Assembly: GCA_001791795.1 (NCBI GenBank)
Contig: MGFH01000236.1
Coordinates: 288 to 64,287 of the forward strand
DNA from: Candidatus Wallbacteria bacterium GWC2_49_35
GTDB lineage: Bacteria; Muiribacteriota; UBA9980
Reading direction: 5' to 3'
DNA: 64,000 bases
The notes under the pieces were generated by a model. The model saw nothing but the letters and a program-made list of their open reading frames with translations. It was not told the DNA's origin and searched no databases. Numbering within the stretch: the first letter of the stretch is position 1; every line of letters starts with the position of its first letter. Shown here in pieces: positions 8,464 to 17,523 of the stretch. Made by a program: the position numbers and the translations under genes.

Positions 8464-10875
8464 TTATTTAAGCAGTTTCGAAAGCGATTCCTTGGCGTAT
8501 TTTACCACCCAGTGGCTTTTGTCGTTGAGGGCGCGCTTGAGGGCGTCCGACGCCGCGGGTGACTTGAAATTGCCGAGAGCGATTGCGGCGAAAGATCTTA
8601 CGTTTTCGTATTCGTCGCTCATCATCGCGATCAGCGGCTCTAAGATCTCCGGATTCGAGCAGTTCCTCAAAGATTTTACCGTGTGGAACCTGAGTTCGGC
8701 GTCGCCGTCGCGGAAAAACGGCATTAAAAGGCTTACCGATTCGGCGTCTCCTATTTTTCCGAGGCCTTTTATTATGATCTTCTTTATGTCGGCTCCCGGA
8801 GATGCGAGATATTTTTTGAATATAGGTATGCTCGCCCTTTCGGCGTTGTCGGCCAGCGCTCGCAGCGCCCAGTAGACTATATCGGCGTTGGCGCCGGTGC
8901 GCCCGAGCTCGTTTTTCAGCCGCTCGGAAGCGTTCCCGCCGAGAGATGCCAGCGATTCGGCGGCGGCCTTTCTTACCGGCCAGTAGCGGTCTTTCAGTGC
9001 TTCGACGAGCGATCCTATGACCGCTTCGTTTCCGTTGGCGAGGCGCCCAAGCGCCGAGGCGGCCTGAAAGCGAGTTTCTTTTTCGGCGGAAGTGAGGTAG
9101 GGGAGTATATCCAGCGCGATCTCGCTTTTTTTTGACTTGCTAAGAAGCTCTATGGCTTTGTTATGGGACGACTTTAAGTTTTTAAGTATGTCGACGAAGA
9201 ATTTTTCGTCGAGCTCGAAATCGAACTGTGTCAGCACGCCGAGGGCTCTTTCGACTATTTCCTGCTGGCCGGCATGGTTTTTAATGGTCTCGAGAAGAGG
9301 TATTATGCAGTTTTTCGATGCGGTTTTTTCGAGAGCGCCGATGGCCCAGTAGCATATGTCGCGGTTGTCGGAAGCGAGATATTTGAGCACCGCGTATTCC
9401 GCGTTGGATCCGATGGCGGCGAGCGTTTGAAAAGCCATATAGGCGAGGCGGTTAGAGCCTTTTTCGACGGCGCGCGCGAGGGCCGGTATGGAATCGGGGC
9501 TTTTTATTTTAGCCGCGACCGCTATGGCCTCGGAAGCTACGAACTCGTCGGGGTCGTCTATCAGATTTATAACTTCGGAAATGACTTCGTCGCCCAGCAG
9601 AGCGTAAAGCGAGATGAGCGCCTGCCTTCTGACCGTGTAGGAACTGTCTTCGAGCGCCGAATAAAGGTAGTGGCGCAGATCGAAGTAATCGTTACGGCCT
9701 AGCGCCGATACCGCCGCGCATCTTATTTCTTCGCGGGCGTCTTCGAGCAGGGCGGGCAGGGCGTCGCAGCAGGTCTGCGATCTCGAGTTGAAAAGAGCCG
9801 CGACGGCAGTGAGAGATATTTCGAGGTTATCGCTGGAAATGAAACCGGCGATATGGTTCTTCGACTCTTCGCCGTCGATGCGTCCGAGCGCCTTAAGCGC
9901 CTCTTTTTTCAGCTCGCCGCTGCATCTGTCGTTCAATATGGAAATAAGGGCCGGCATGGCCTCGGCCGGGCAGGACCCGTCGATGCTTTTGGCCGCTATT
10001 ATTTTTTCGCCTTCGGAGTTGGAGTCGAGAAGAAGTCTGACCAGCTGACGCTGTATAAGGCCGCCGCCGAGTTCGGACAGTACGCGCGCGCCGGTCTCGC
10101 GCACCCTGGCCTCGGTGTCCGACAGGGACGCAAGGATCGAGTTGGTTATTTTGTCGCGCAGGTCGCCCGACTCGTCCCCGGCCGCCAAGCCTTCGGCGGC
10201 GGGAAGGCTTTCGTTTTCGCCCATGAACTTGAATTTGCCGAGAGCTTCAGTGGCCGCGATCCTGACGTACCATGATTTATCGGATATGGCTTCTATGAGG
10301 GTGTTCACCGACGAGCGCTCGCCAATTTTGCCAAGGGCTATGGCCGCGTTTTTGCGGATGGCGAAATTAGGGTCGCCGGAGAGCAGGGGCTGAATTTTTT
10401 GAACGGCGGCGTGGTCTTTGAGTTCGCCAAGGCAGTGCAGAGAATAAAGCCTGATAAGGTCGTTCGGGGACCCGAGGGCCTCCGTCAGGGGGCCGACGGC
10501 CTTGTCGCCGACCTTTATAAGCGCCCGCGCCGAATACATGTTGATCTCGTTTTCTTCGTAGGAAGCGAAGGACTCTATGAGCAGTCTGATCGCGTTGTCG
10601 TCGGCTATGGTGGCCAGTATTTGAGACGACCAGAAGCGGATATCCTCGCTCGGGCCGGATATGGCGCCTACCAGGCTCGCGCACACCCCGGGGCCTATGG
10701 CGACCAGTTTTTTCGAGGCAGCCTCTCTGGCCGGCCAATAAGGGTCCGCCAGAAGCTCGATAAGCCCCTGCACGTCGGACGGGGTCAGCAAGCCCGGGTC
10801 GAGGGAGGCGATGCTCGCCTGCCGGATATTTTTATCGTCTGTTTTTTTTATGTCGGATACCGCTAAAATTGACAC
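8464..10875 (-). CDS. HEAT-repeat (PBS-lyase HEAT-like) protein, 803 aa
   Basis: Repeated D..W.VR..A...L...G units (DPYWPAREAASKKL, DKSWYVRIAATEALG, DRYWPVRKAAAESL, DKSHWVVKYAKESL). GTG start with AAGAGG RBS. Confidence 0.8.
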   Translation of the reverse strand: MSILAVSDIKKTDDKNIRQASIASLDPGLLTPSDVQGLIELLADPYWPAREAASKKLVAIGPGVCASLVGAISGPSEDIRFWSSQILATIADDNAIRLLIESFASYEENEINMYSARALIKVGDKAVGPLTEALGSPNDLIRLYSLHCLGELKDHAAVQKIQPLLSGDPNFAIRKNAAIALGKIGERSSVNTLIEAISDKSWYVRIAATEALGKFKFMGENESLPAAEGLAAGDESGDLRDKITNSILASLSDTEARVRETGARVLSELGGGLIQRQLVRLLLDSNSEGEKIIAAKSIDGSCPAEAMPALISILNDRCSGELKKEALKALGRIDGEESKNHIAGFISSDNLEISLTAVAALFNSRSQTCCDALPALLEDAREEIRCAAVSALGRNDYFDLRHYLYSALEDSSYTVRRQALISLYALLGDEVISEVINLIDDPDEFVASEAIAVAAKIKSPDSIPALARAVEKGSNRLAYMAFQTLAAIGSNAEYAVLKYLASDNRDICYWAIGALEKTASKNCIIPLLETIKNHAGQQEIVERALGVLTQFDFELDEKFFVDILKNLKSSHNKAIELLSKSKKSEIALDILPYLTSAEKETRFQAASALGRLANGNEAVIGSLVEALKDRYWPVRKAAAESLASLGGNASERLKNELGRTGANADIVYWALRALADNAERASIPIFKKYLASPGADIKKIIIKGLGKIGDAESVSLLMPFFRDGDAELRFHTVKSLRNCSNPEILEPLIAMMSDEYENVRSFAAIALGNFKSPAASDALKRALNDKSHWVVKYAKESLSKLLK

Positions 10876-10980
10876 CGCAATACCTCTTTAAATTAAATTA
10901 ATTCGAGCCTTCTTTTTACGAGTGGTATTATAAATCAAAACCTTGGAAATTTCAACAAAAAAATATGTAAAAATAAATGT

Positions 10981-11009
10981 TTGATTTTTATTGTGTAGTT
11001 TGATATAAT
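10981..11009 (+). promoter_or_regulatory. sigma70-like promoter upstream of tadZ-like gene
   Basis: TTGATT (10981-10986), 17-nt spacer, TGaTATAAT (-10 at 11004-11009). Confidence 0.5.
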
Positions 11010-11016
11010 AATTCAG

Positions 11017-11050
11017 AAAAAAGCACGGATCTTTTCGTTCCATGCTTTTT
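11017..11050 (+). promoter_or_regulatory. Terminator-like hairpin in the predicted 5' leader of the tad cluster
   Basis: In AAAAAAGCACGGAtcttttcgtTCCATGCTTTTT, AGCA/TGCT and GGA/TCC pair around one mismatch. It has A-run/U-run flanks and lies ~50 nt before the ATG at 11102. Confidence 0.3.
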
Positions 11051-11101
11051 AAACATCGTGTTTTGAAAAAAATTCGATAATTCTTGATCGGTTAGGATAT
11101 A

Positions 11102-12370
11102 ATGAGCGCGAAAAACATAAAAATACTCCTCCTGGAAAAAGACAGCGGCCTGCTGGGGCCTCTCGAGGCTCAGCTGAAGGAGATCACCGGCGTCGAAATG
11201 TGCGCGAAGGTGCTGAAACCCGAAGAACTGGCAGACCAATATAAGAAAACCCTTCCTGATATAATACTTCTCGACATCGGCTTCGAAGAAGACAGCGTTT
11301 ATACTTTTCTCGCTTCGCTCGAGCCCCAGGTCGCCAGCGGTCATCTTTCCCTGATAGCCATGGCGGGTTCCTCCGACATGAACCGCATAAGAAGGGCTAT
11401 GAAATCGGGATGCGTCGACTTTTTAATGCTCCCGGTCACTAACGAAGAGGTATCCAACGCCGTTATATCCGCGTACGAAAAGAACCAGGCGCTGCTTAAG
11501 AGTTCCGCCGTTCTTCCCAACAGTCTCAGAACGCCGACCGGAAAAATAGTCACTATTTTTTCGACCAAGGGCGGCGTCGGAAAGTCTACGATAGCCGTCA
11601 ACCTCGCCGTGATGCTCGCCGCGTTTCTCAAGGACAGCGGCCGGTCCGTGGCGCTTCTTGACGGCAACTTCCAGTTCGGCGACATCGGTTTCATGCTCAA
11701 TTTAAAACCCGAAAAGACCATACACGATCTAGTTCGTGAGATGGGCGAACCCGCGCCGCTTTCTTTCGAAGTTATGAAGAATTTCATGACGAAGCACCCG
11801 AGCGGCCTCGAAGTGATGCTGGCGCCGTCAAAGCCCCAGTTTGCGGAAGAAGTCACCATGCTTCATCTTGGCTATATCATGGAATGCCTGAAAAAAAATT
11901 ACGATTACGTCGTCGTAGACACGATCCATCACATCAACGATACCGATCTGACGATATTCGACTGGACGAGTTCGCTTTTTGTAATAGCTACGCTCGAGGT
12001 CACCACGATTAAAAACCTCGTCCTCACGCTTGAAATTTTAAAAGACCTTCAGATCCCCAGGGACAAAATCTCGCTTATTTTAAACAGGGCTTACCAGAAA
12101 ATGGGCGTGGAATGCTCGACGGTCGAAGAAAAACTGATGAAGATCAGCTGTATGATACCTTCCGACGGCGAGCGCGTCGTGGCGTCGCTTAACAGCGGCA
12201 CGCCCTTCGTGATAGATATGCAGATGGACATACCCATAGTAAAGTCGTTCCATGAACTCGCGTCATTCGTAGCGACCGACGAGGATAAAAATTATTTCAG
12301 CAAAACGCTCGAAGCGCTGCCGGTCAAGGGGAACGTCCTGGATTTCTTTAAAAAGTTCATGAAAAAGTAA
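11102..12370 (+). CDS. tadZ: TadZ/CpaE-like pilus-localisation ATPase: atypical receiver domain + ParA/MinD P-loop domain
   Basis: The N-terminal REC-like fold (KILLLEKD...DIILLDIGF) lacks the conserved Lys (FLMLPV). The deviant Walker A reads IFSTKGGVGKSTIAVNLA. Confidence 0.8.
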   Translation: MSAKNIKILLLEKDSGLLGPLEAQLKEITGVEMCAKVLKPEELADQYKKTLPDIILLDIGFEEDSVYTFLASLEPQVASGHLSLIAMAGSSDMNRIRRAMKSGCVDFLMLPVTNEEVSNAVISAYEKNQALLKSSAVLPNSLRTPTGKIVTIFSTKGGVGKSTIAVNLAVMLAAFLKDSGRSVALLDGNFQFGDIGFMLNLKPEKTIHDLVREMGEPAPLSFEVMKNFMTKHPSGLEVMLAPSKPQFAEEVTMLHLGYIMECLKKNYDYVVVDTIHHINDTDLTIFDWTSSLFVIATLEVTTIKNLVLTLEILKDLQIPRDKISLILNRAYQKMGVECSTVEEKLMKISCMIPSDGERVVASLNSGTPFVIDMQMDIPIVKSFHELASFVATDEDKNYFSKTLEALPVKGNVLDFFKKFMKK

Positions 12371-12493
12371 TGATCGTTTTTTGTTAATGCTAAACTTCTT
12401 ATTTTTATGAATAAAATAGAACAATAAAATGTAGAGTCATATTTTTGAGACACCTATGCTTGAAATCTTAAAGTAATTAATCGGGGGAAAAAC

Positions 12494-13879
12494 ATGAGTT
12501 TATTGAAAAGGATCAGTACTGACGAAAAAGACGATCTGGAAAAAAATAAGGGCGGATCCGGCAGGGGCGATTCCGACAAGGAGAGTCCCTTAGATATTAT
12601 TAAGAACGACATGCAGACCAAGCTCGTCGAACGTCTCGACGAAGATTTCCTGAAGATTAAGTCGGACGATGAAAAAAAAGCGAAACTAAAACCCCTGCTT
12701 GAAGAATTTTATATACAAATAGCCGCCGACAAAGGCATGGCCCTTTCTTCGGTCGAAAAATCCAACCTCATCATCTCGGTGATCAACGACGTTATCGGTC
12801 TGGGGCCTCTGCAGCCGCTTCTCGAAGACGAATCGATATCCGAAATAATGGTCAACGGGCCTCAGCGCACTTACATTGAACGCAAGGGCAAACTCATCCT
12901 TTCCGAAGTGAAATTCAAAGATAACGCTCACGTAATGCGCGTGATCGAGAAGATAGTATCCCCGCTCGGGCGCCGCTGCGACGAGTCTTCGCCTATAGTC
13001 GACGCACGTATCAAGGGCGGCCCGGCCGACGGCTCCCGCGTCAACGCCATCATTCCCCCGCTGGCCCTCGACGGCCCGACCATCACGATCCGTAAATTCA
13101 AAAAGGACGCTCTCACCATAGACAGCCTCGTTAATTTCGGCTCGATGACCCGCGAAATGGCAAACTTTCTCGAAGCGTGCGTTCTGGCAAGGCTGAACAT
13201 AGTCGTTTCCGGAGGTACCGGATCCGGTAAAACCACGCTGCTCAACGTTCTGTCGAGTTTCATTCCCGAAGACGAACGAATCGTCACCATAGAAGACGCG
13301 GCTGAGCTTCAGCTGAAGCAGCCGCACGTTGTGAGACTCGAAACAAGGCCCGCGAACATCGAGGGCAAGGGCGCCATCAGCATACGCGATCTGGTTAAAA
13401 ACTCCCTGCGTATGAGGCCGGAGCGCGTCGTAATAGGCGAATGCCGCGGCGGCGAGGCCCTCGACATGCTTCAGGCAATGAACACTGGCCATGACGGCTC
13501 GTTAACGACGGGCCACGCCAATACGCCTCGCGATATGATCTCCCGTCTTGAAACGATGGTCATGATGTCGGGTATGGACCTTCCCGTCCGGGCTATCCGC
13601 GAGCAGATATCGGGCGCCGTCAACATCATCGTGCAGCAGACGCGTTTGAAAGACGGCTCGCGCCGGGTCATCGCCGTCACCGAGGTCCAGGGCATGGAAG
13701 GCGATACGGTCGTCCTGCAGGATATTTTTGTGTTCGAACAGCAGGGCCTCGACGAAAAAGGCAAGATCATAGGCCGCGTCAAACCTACAGGCATCAGGCC
13801 TAAATTCATGACGAAATTCGAAGAAGAAGGCATAAAGCTGCCCGCCGATATATTCATGGACAGCAAGCGCGGCTGGTAA
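12494..13879 (+). CDS. tadA: Tad/Cpa secretion ATPase (CpaF/TadA, T2SS/T4SS-E family)
   Basis: Walker [15 protein letters not shown]; [11 protein letters not shown]; [14 protein letters not shown]; [12 protein letters not shown]. Confidence 0.9.
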   Translation: MSLLKRISTDEKDDLEKNKGGSGRGDSDKESPLDIIKNDMQTKLVERLDEDFLKIKSDDEKKAKLKPLLEEFYIQIAADKGMALSSVEKSNLIISVINDVIGLGPLQPLLEDESISEIMVNGPQRTYIERKGKLILSEVKFKDNAHVMRVIEKIVSPLGRRCDESSPIVDARIKGGPADGSRVNAIIPPLALDGPTITIRKFKKDALTIDSLVNFGSMTREMANFLEACVLARLNIVVSGGTGSGKTTLLNVLSSFIPEDERIVTIEDAAELQLKQPHVVRLETRPANIEGKGAISIRDLVKNSLRMRPERVVIGECRGGEALDMLQAMNTGHDGSLTTGHANTPRDMISRLETMVMMSGMDLPVRAIREQISGAVNIIVQQTRLKDGSRRVIAVTEVQGMEGDTVVLQDIFVFEQQGLDEKGKIIGRVKPTGIRPKFMTKFEEEGIKLPADIFMDSKRGW

Positions 13880-13926
13880 TCGAATAAAAGCCGCATAATA
13901 CTCTATATGTAACGGAGAGTTGAATT

Positions 13927-14931
13927 ATGGGTAGTTTTGTAACAATGATCGTCTTACTGGCGGTCTTAGTCGTACTGTTTTTATTTCTACTTACTTCCTA
14001 TCAGGTGGTCGTGAAAAAACAGGAAAGCGTCAAGGACAGGCTGGACCGGTTCGTGACCACGCAAAAGTCCGGCACCGGTGCGGAGGCCTCGATCACCGGA
14101 GAGGCGATCGGCGATCTCGCTAAAAAAAGCGAGTTAATGCAGAACATAGGCACCATAATAACGCCTGAAAAGATAAAGGAAAAAATAACCTCGATGCTTT
14201 CGGCAGCCGATATTCCGCTGCGCGCCACCGAATTCATGGCCGGCGTCTTTCTGGCTTCGACGGTTCCGCTTATCGTCGTCTGCCTCGTTTTGAAGAGGCT
14301 TGCGCTGGGACTCATTATCGCGGCGGTCTGCGGCTACGCGCCGTTTTTCTGGATCGGGATGAAAAGAGCTAAAAAACGCGCGCTTTTTGCCGGACTCCTG
14401 CTCGACACGCTCGGTATCGTGTCCAACGCGCTTAAGGCCGGCTATTCGTTCATGCAGGCGATCGAGCTCATTACCAGGGAATCGCCGTATCCGATGTCAA
14501 CCGAGTTTAAAAAGGTTCTGCGCGAGAACGCCGTTGGCGTCAATCTGGAAGTTTCACTTGAAAACATGGCGCAACGCCTCGAAAACGACGACTTCGACCT
14601 CCTGGTGACGGTCGTTCTGATACAAAGGGAGGTCGGCGGCAACCTCGCCGACGTTCTCGACCAGATATCTGAAACCATAAGGGAACGAATCAAGATCAAG
14701 GGCCAGATCGTAACTCTCACATCGCAGGCCCGAATGGGCGGCTACGTCATAACGGGTCTTCCTATTTTTCTGGGGTTCGCCATCTTTGCCCTGAATCCTG
14801 ATTATTTCGTTAATAAATTCCTGTTCGCCGAAGTGGGCGGATTTAAAGGCTGGTATTCCCTTGTCGGCTGCGGCATGATGATGGGTCTCGGCGCGTTTAT
14901 CATCGGGAAAATAACCGATATCGACGTATAA
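13927..14931 (+). CDS. tadB: Tad platform protein TadB (T2SS-F domain)
   Basis: 334 aa polytopic protein with LDTLGIVSNALKAGYSFMQAIE, following tadA. Confidence 0.8.
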   Translation: MGSFVTMIVLLAVLVVLFLFLLTSYQVVVKKQESVKDRLDRFVTTQKSGTGAEASITGEAIGDLAKKSELMQNIGTIITPEKIKEKITSMLSAADIPLRATEFMAGVFLASTVPLIVVCLVLKRLALGLIIAAVCGYAPFFWIGMKRAKKRALFAGLLLDTLGIVSNALKAGYSFMQAIELITRESPYPMSTEFKKVLRENAVGVNLEVSLENMAQRLENDDFDLLVTVVLIQREVGGNLADVLDQISETIRERIKIKGQIVTLTSQARMGGYVITGLPIFLGFAIFALNPDYFVNKFLFAEVGGFKGWYSLVGCGMMMGLGAFIIGKITDIDV

Positions 14932-14956
14932 TCGTTTTTAGTGGAGGAAGCTGACG

Positions 14957-15892
14957 ATGGATTTAACTTCTCTGATACTGGTGATAGCTATAATCGCCGC
15001 GGGCGCGATGTTTTTCATGCCTTCGCAGAAAAACACCGTAGTGTCTCGCCTCGAGGAATTTTCAGGCGAGAAGAAGGAGGGCGGAGCCTCAAAGGCCCAG
15101 CCCGCCCTCGAAGACGAAGAGCTGCAGAAGTCGTTTTTCGACAGGATAATAAAGCCGGTGCTAACCGGCGTCGCCAACGCTCTGAGTAAGCGCAAAAAGT
15201 CCGACACGGCGTCGCAGCTGAAAAAAGAGCTGGCACAGGCCGGAAACCCCGGCGGCCTGACGCCCACCGAATTTAACGTTTTAAAACTCCTTCTGCTCTT
15301 CATTCCGGCGCCGCTGTTCGGCATCCTGGGCTTTTTCCTCAAAGTGCCCATTCAAAGCCTCGGAATCGGATGTCTTGTTATCTTTATCATCTGTTTTCTC
15401 GGGCCCCGCATTTACCTTCAGAGGCTCGTAGGGTTCAGAAAATACATGATACAAAAGACGCTGCCAGATTGTCTCGACCTGCTCTGCGTTTCCGTCGAGG
15501 CCGGCCTCGGCTTCGATATCGCGCTGGCGAAGCTCGTGACCAAATTCAAGGGCCCGCTTGGCGAAGAACTTAAAGGCGTCTTGCAGGAAATGCAGATGGG
15601 ACGCAGCCGCCGCGAGTCGTTCAAGGCGCTTTCCGACAAGATGGAGGTCGAAGACCTTTCTGCTTTCATTTCGTCCTTGATCCAGGCCGACCAGCTCGGC
15701 GTTTCTGTTTCTAAAATATTGAAGATACAATCGGCTCAGGCGAGGCTGAAAAAAAGGCAGCGCGCAGAGTCGCTCGCGATGCAGGCCCCCGTTAAAATGC
15801 TTTTTCCGATGGTCGGCTGCATATTTCCGACTATCATGGTCGTCCTTCTGGGCGGCGTCGTCTTCGAGTTCATCAAAAATTTTCCGAGGTAA
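14957..15892 (+). CDS. tadC: Tad platform protein TadC (T2SS-F domain)
   Basis: 311 aa with LPDCLDLLCVSVEAGLGFDIAL...QADQLGVSV. GGAGGA RBS. Confidence 0.8.
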   Translation: MDLTSLILVIAIIAAGAMFFMPSQKNTVVSRLEEFSGEKKEGGASKAQPALEDEELQKSFFDRIIKPVLTGVANALSKRKKSDTASQLKKELAQAGNPGGLTPTEFNVLKLLLLFIPAPLFGILGFFLKVPIQSLGIGCLVIFIICFLGPRIYLQRLVGFRKYMIQKTLPDCLDLLCVSVEAGLGFDIALAKLVTKFKGPLGEELKGVLQEMQMGRSRRESFKALSDKMEVEDLSAFISSLIQADQLGVSVSKILKIQSAQARLKKRQRAESLAMQAPVKMLFPMVGCIFPTIMVVLLGGVVFEFIKNFPR

Positions 15893-15903
15893 AAAGGCGG
15901 CTT

Positions 15904-16257
15904 ATGCTTAAGGTCGAAAAAAACGATGGTACGATGATATCCGACAAAATATTAAACTGCGACTCCTTTTGTAAAAGGGCGCTGGGCCTTATGTTTCGAA
16001 CCAGGCTTGAAACTTTCGACGGAATACTGCTTACGCCGTGCTCGTCCATACACACTTTTTTCATGAAGATGGACATCGACTGTTTTTTTCTGAGCGGCGA
16101 AAATAAGGTGCTTAAAGTGATATGGCGGATGGGGCCCTCCAGGCTTTCGGGTTTTATAAAAGGCTGCCGCAGGGTGCTCGAACTCGCTCCCGGAACGGTC
16201 GGCGAAAACTCGATCTCCGAAGGTGACACGCTGATCATCAATAAAATAAATAAGTAA
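15904..16257 (+). CDS. DUF192-family protein
   Basis: 117 aa with RALGLMFR...GILLTPCSSIHTFFMKMDIDCFFL...VLELAPG, typical of DUF192. Confidence 0.65.
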   Translation: MLKVEKNDGTMISDKILNCDSFCKRALGLMFRTRLETFDGILLTPCSSIHTFFMKMDIDCFFLSGENKVLKVIWRMGPSRLSGFIKGCRRVLELAPGTVGENSISEGDTLIINKINK

Positions 16258-16302
16258 ATAAATAGTTTATATAAATATAAAAGAAAATTTAAGGAGACTT
16301 TC

Positions 16303-17517
16303 ATGGATTTAAAACAGATTCCTATTTTTTCAAGTTTAAACGACAACCATGTTGAAAAAATCAAGGAGATAGTAGAAGAAATAACCATTCCGAAAGGCTC
16401 GCCCATATTCAAGCAGGGCGATTTCGGCGACGCTTTCTATATAGTCATAAGCGGCAAGGTAAAGATATCGAAGGTCGAAGACGGCGAAGACAAGACTCTC
16501 GCTCTTCTCAAAGAAGGCGAATTCTTCGGGGAAATGGCCCTGCTCGAAGAGGCGCCCCGCTCGGCTTCCGCCACCTGCATAGACGATTGCAGACTGTATA
16601 AGATAACCCAGAAGAACTTCGGCTATATAATGCTTTTAAACCCAGCCATATCGCTTAAAATAATGCGTTTCATGAGCGACCGCGTCAGAAAATCCTCCGT
16701 CGTTTCGACCGTCGCCGAAAAAGAAGGAAAGATCATATCGTTCTTCTCGCCCAAAGGCGGCTCGGGCTGTTCGACCTTCGCGGCCAATTTCGCCTACGGC
16801 CTTTCCATGAATAAAGACCTTCGCGTGCTCCTGGTCGACCTCGACCTCGAATTCGGCTCGCTCGACATGATCCTCGACGCTAAACACGATAAAAGCATAG
16901 CCGATCTCGCCAAAGAGGTCGAAATTAAAAACTTCGAGAATATTTCACACTATTTGGCGTCCGCCTGCGACAGCATGAAACTTTTAACGGCGCCCAAAAA
17001 ACCGGAAGAAGCCGAACTGGTCAAGGTTAAAGACGTCAAAGAGATCCTCGAGGTATTAAAGGGCTATTTCGATTATATAATCATCGACACGCCGTCGTCG
17101 TTCACCGACCACGCGCTGATGACCCTCGACATCGCCTACCGCATAATATTGGTGATAAATTCTGACATCATATGCCTGCGCAACACCAGAAAATGTTTCG
17201 ACGTCATGAAGAGCCTCGAATATCCCGAAAATAAAATAATCACCGTCATGAACCGCGACGATAATCTTTCGTCCATGCCGATCGACGAGATTGAAAAGTT
17301 CATCAAAACCAAGATCGCCCACACGGTGCCCAACGAATATATTACCATGAGAAAATCCACGGACAGTGGAGTGCCGTTCCTGAAACAGGCCCCCGCCTCG
17401 CCGATCACGGCCAAGTTCCTGGACATGATAAATAAGATCGCGAACCAGAACCTGCAGGTGCCTAAGGTTGAAACGAATTTCTTCGATTCCCTCAAGAATC
17501 TGGTAATGGGAAAATAG
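16303..17517 (+). CDS. cNMP-binding domain fused to a TadZ/CpaE-like ParA/MinD ATPase domain
   Basis: The N-terminus IPIFSSL...GDAFYIVISGKVKI...GEFFGEMALLEEAPRSASA is a CAP/PKA-type cNMP-binding fold with the PBC Arg. This is followed by IISFFSPKGGSGCSTFAANFA (the GK[ST] Lys is Cys, codon 16768-16770). Confidence 0.8.
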   Translation: MDLKQIPIFSSLNDNHVEKIKEIVEEITIPKGSPIFKQGDFGDAFYIVISGKVKISKVEDGEDKTLALLKEGEFFGEMALLEEAPRSASATCIDDCRLYKITQKNFGYIMLLNPAISLKIMRFMSDRVRKSSVVSTVAEKEGKIISFFSPKGGSGCSTFAANFAYGLSMNKDLRVLLVDLDLEFGSLDMILDAKHDKSIADLAKEVEIKNFENISHYLASACDSMKLLTAPKKPEEAELVKVKDVKEILEVLKGYFDYIIIDTPSSFTDHALMTLDIAYRIILVINSDIICLRNTRKCFDVMKSLEYPENKIITVMNRDDNLSSMPIDEIEKFIKTKIAHTVPNEYITMRKSTDSGVPFLKQAPASPITAKFLDMINKIANQNLQVPKVETNFFDSLKNLVMGK

Positions 17518-17523
17518 GACCTG

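Noticed and set aside
10988-11344. 118-aa minus-strand ORF spanning the divergent promoter region and the tadZ 5' end.
   Set aside because: It runs through AT-rich promoter DNA and antisense to tadZ, so it is an implausible CDS.
12686-13492. 268-aa minus-strand ORF.
   Set aside because: It is antisense to the highly conserved CpaF/TadA ATPase core and shows no independent signals.
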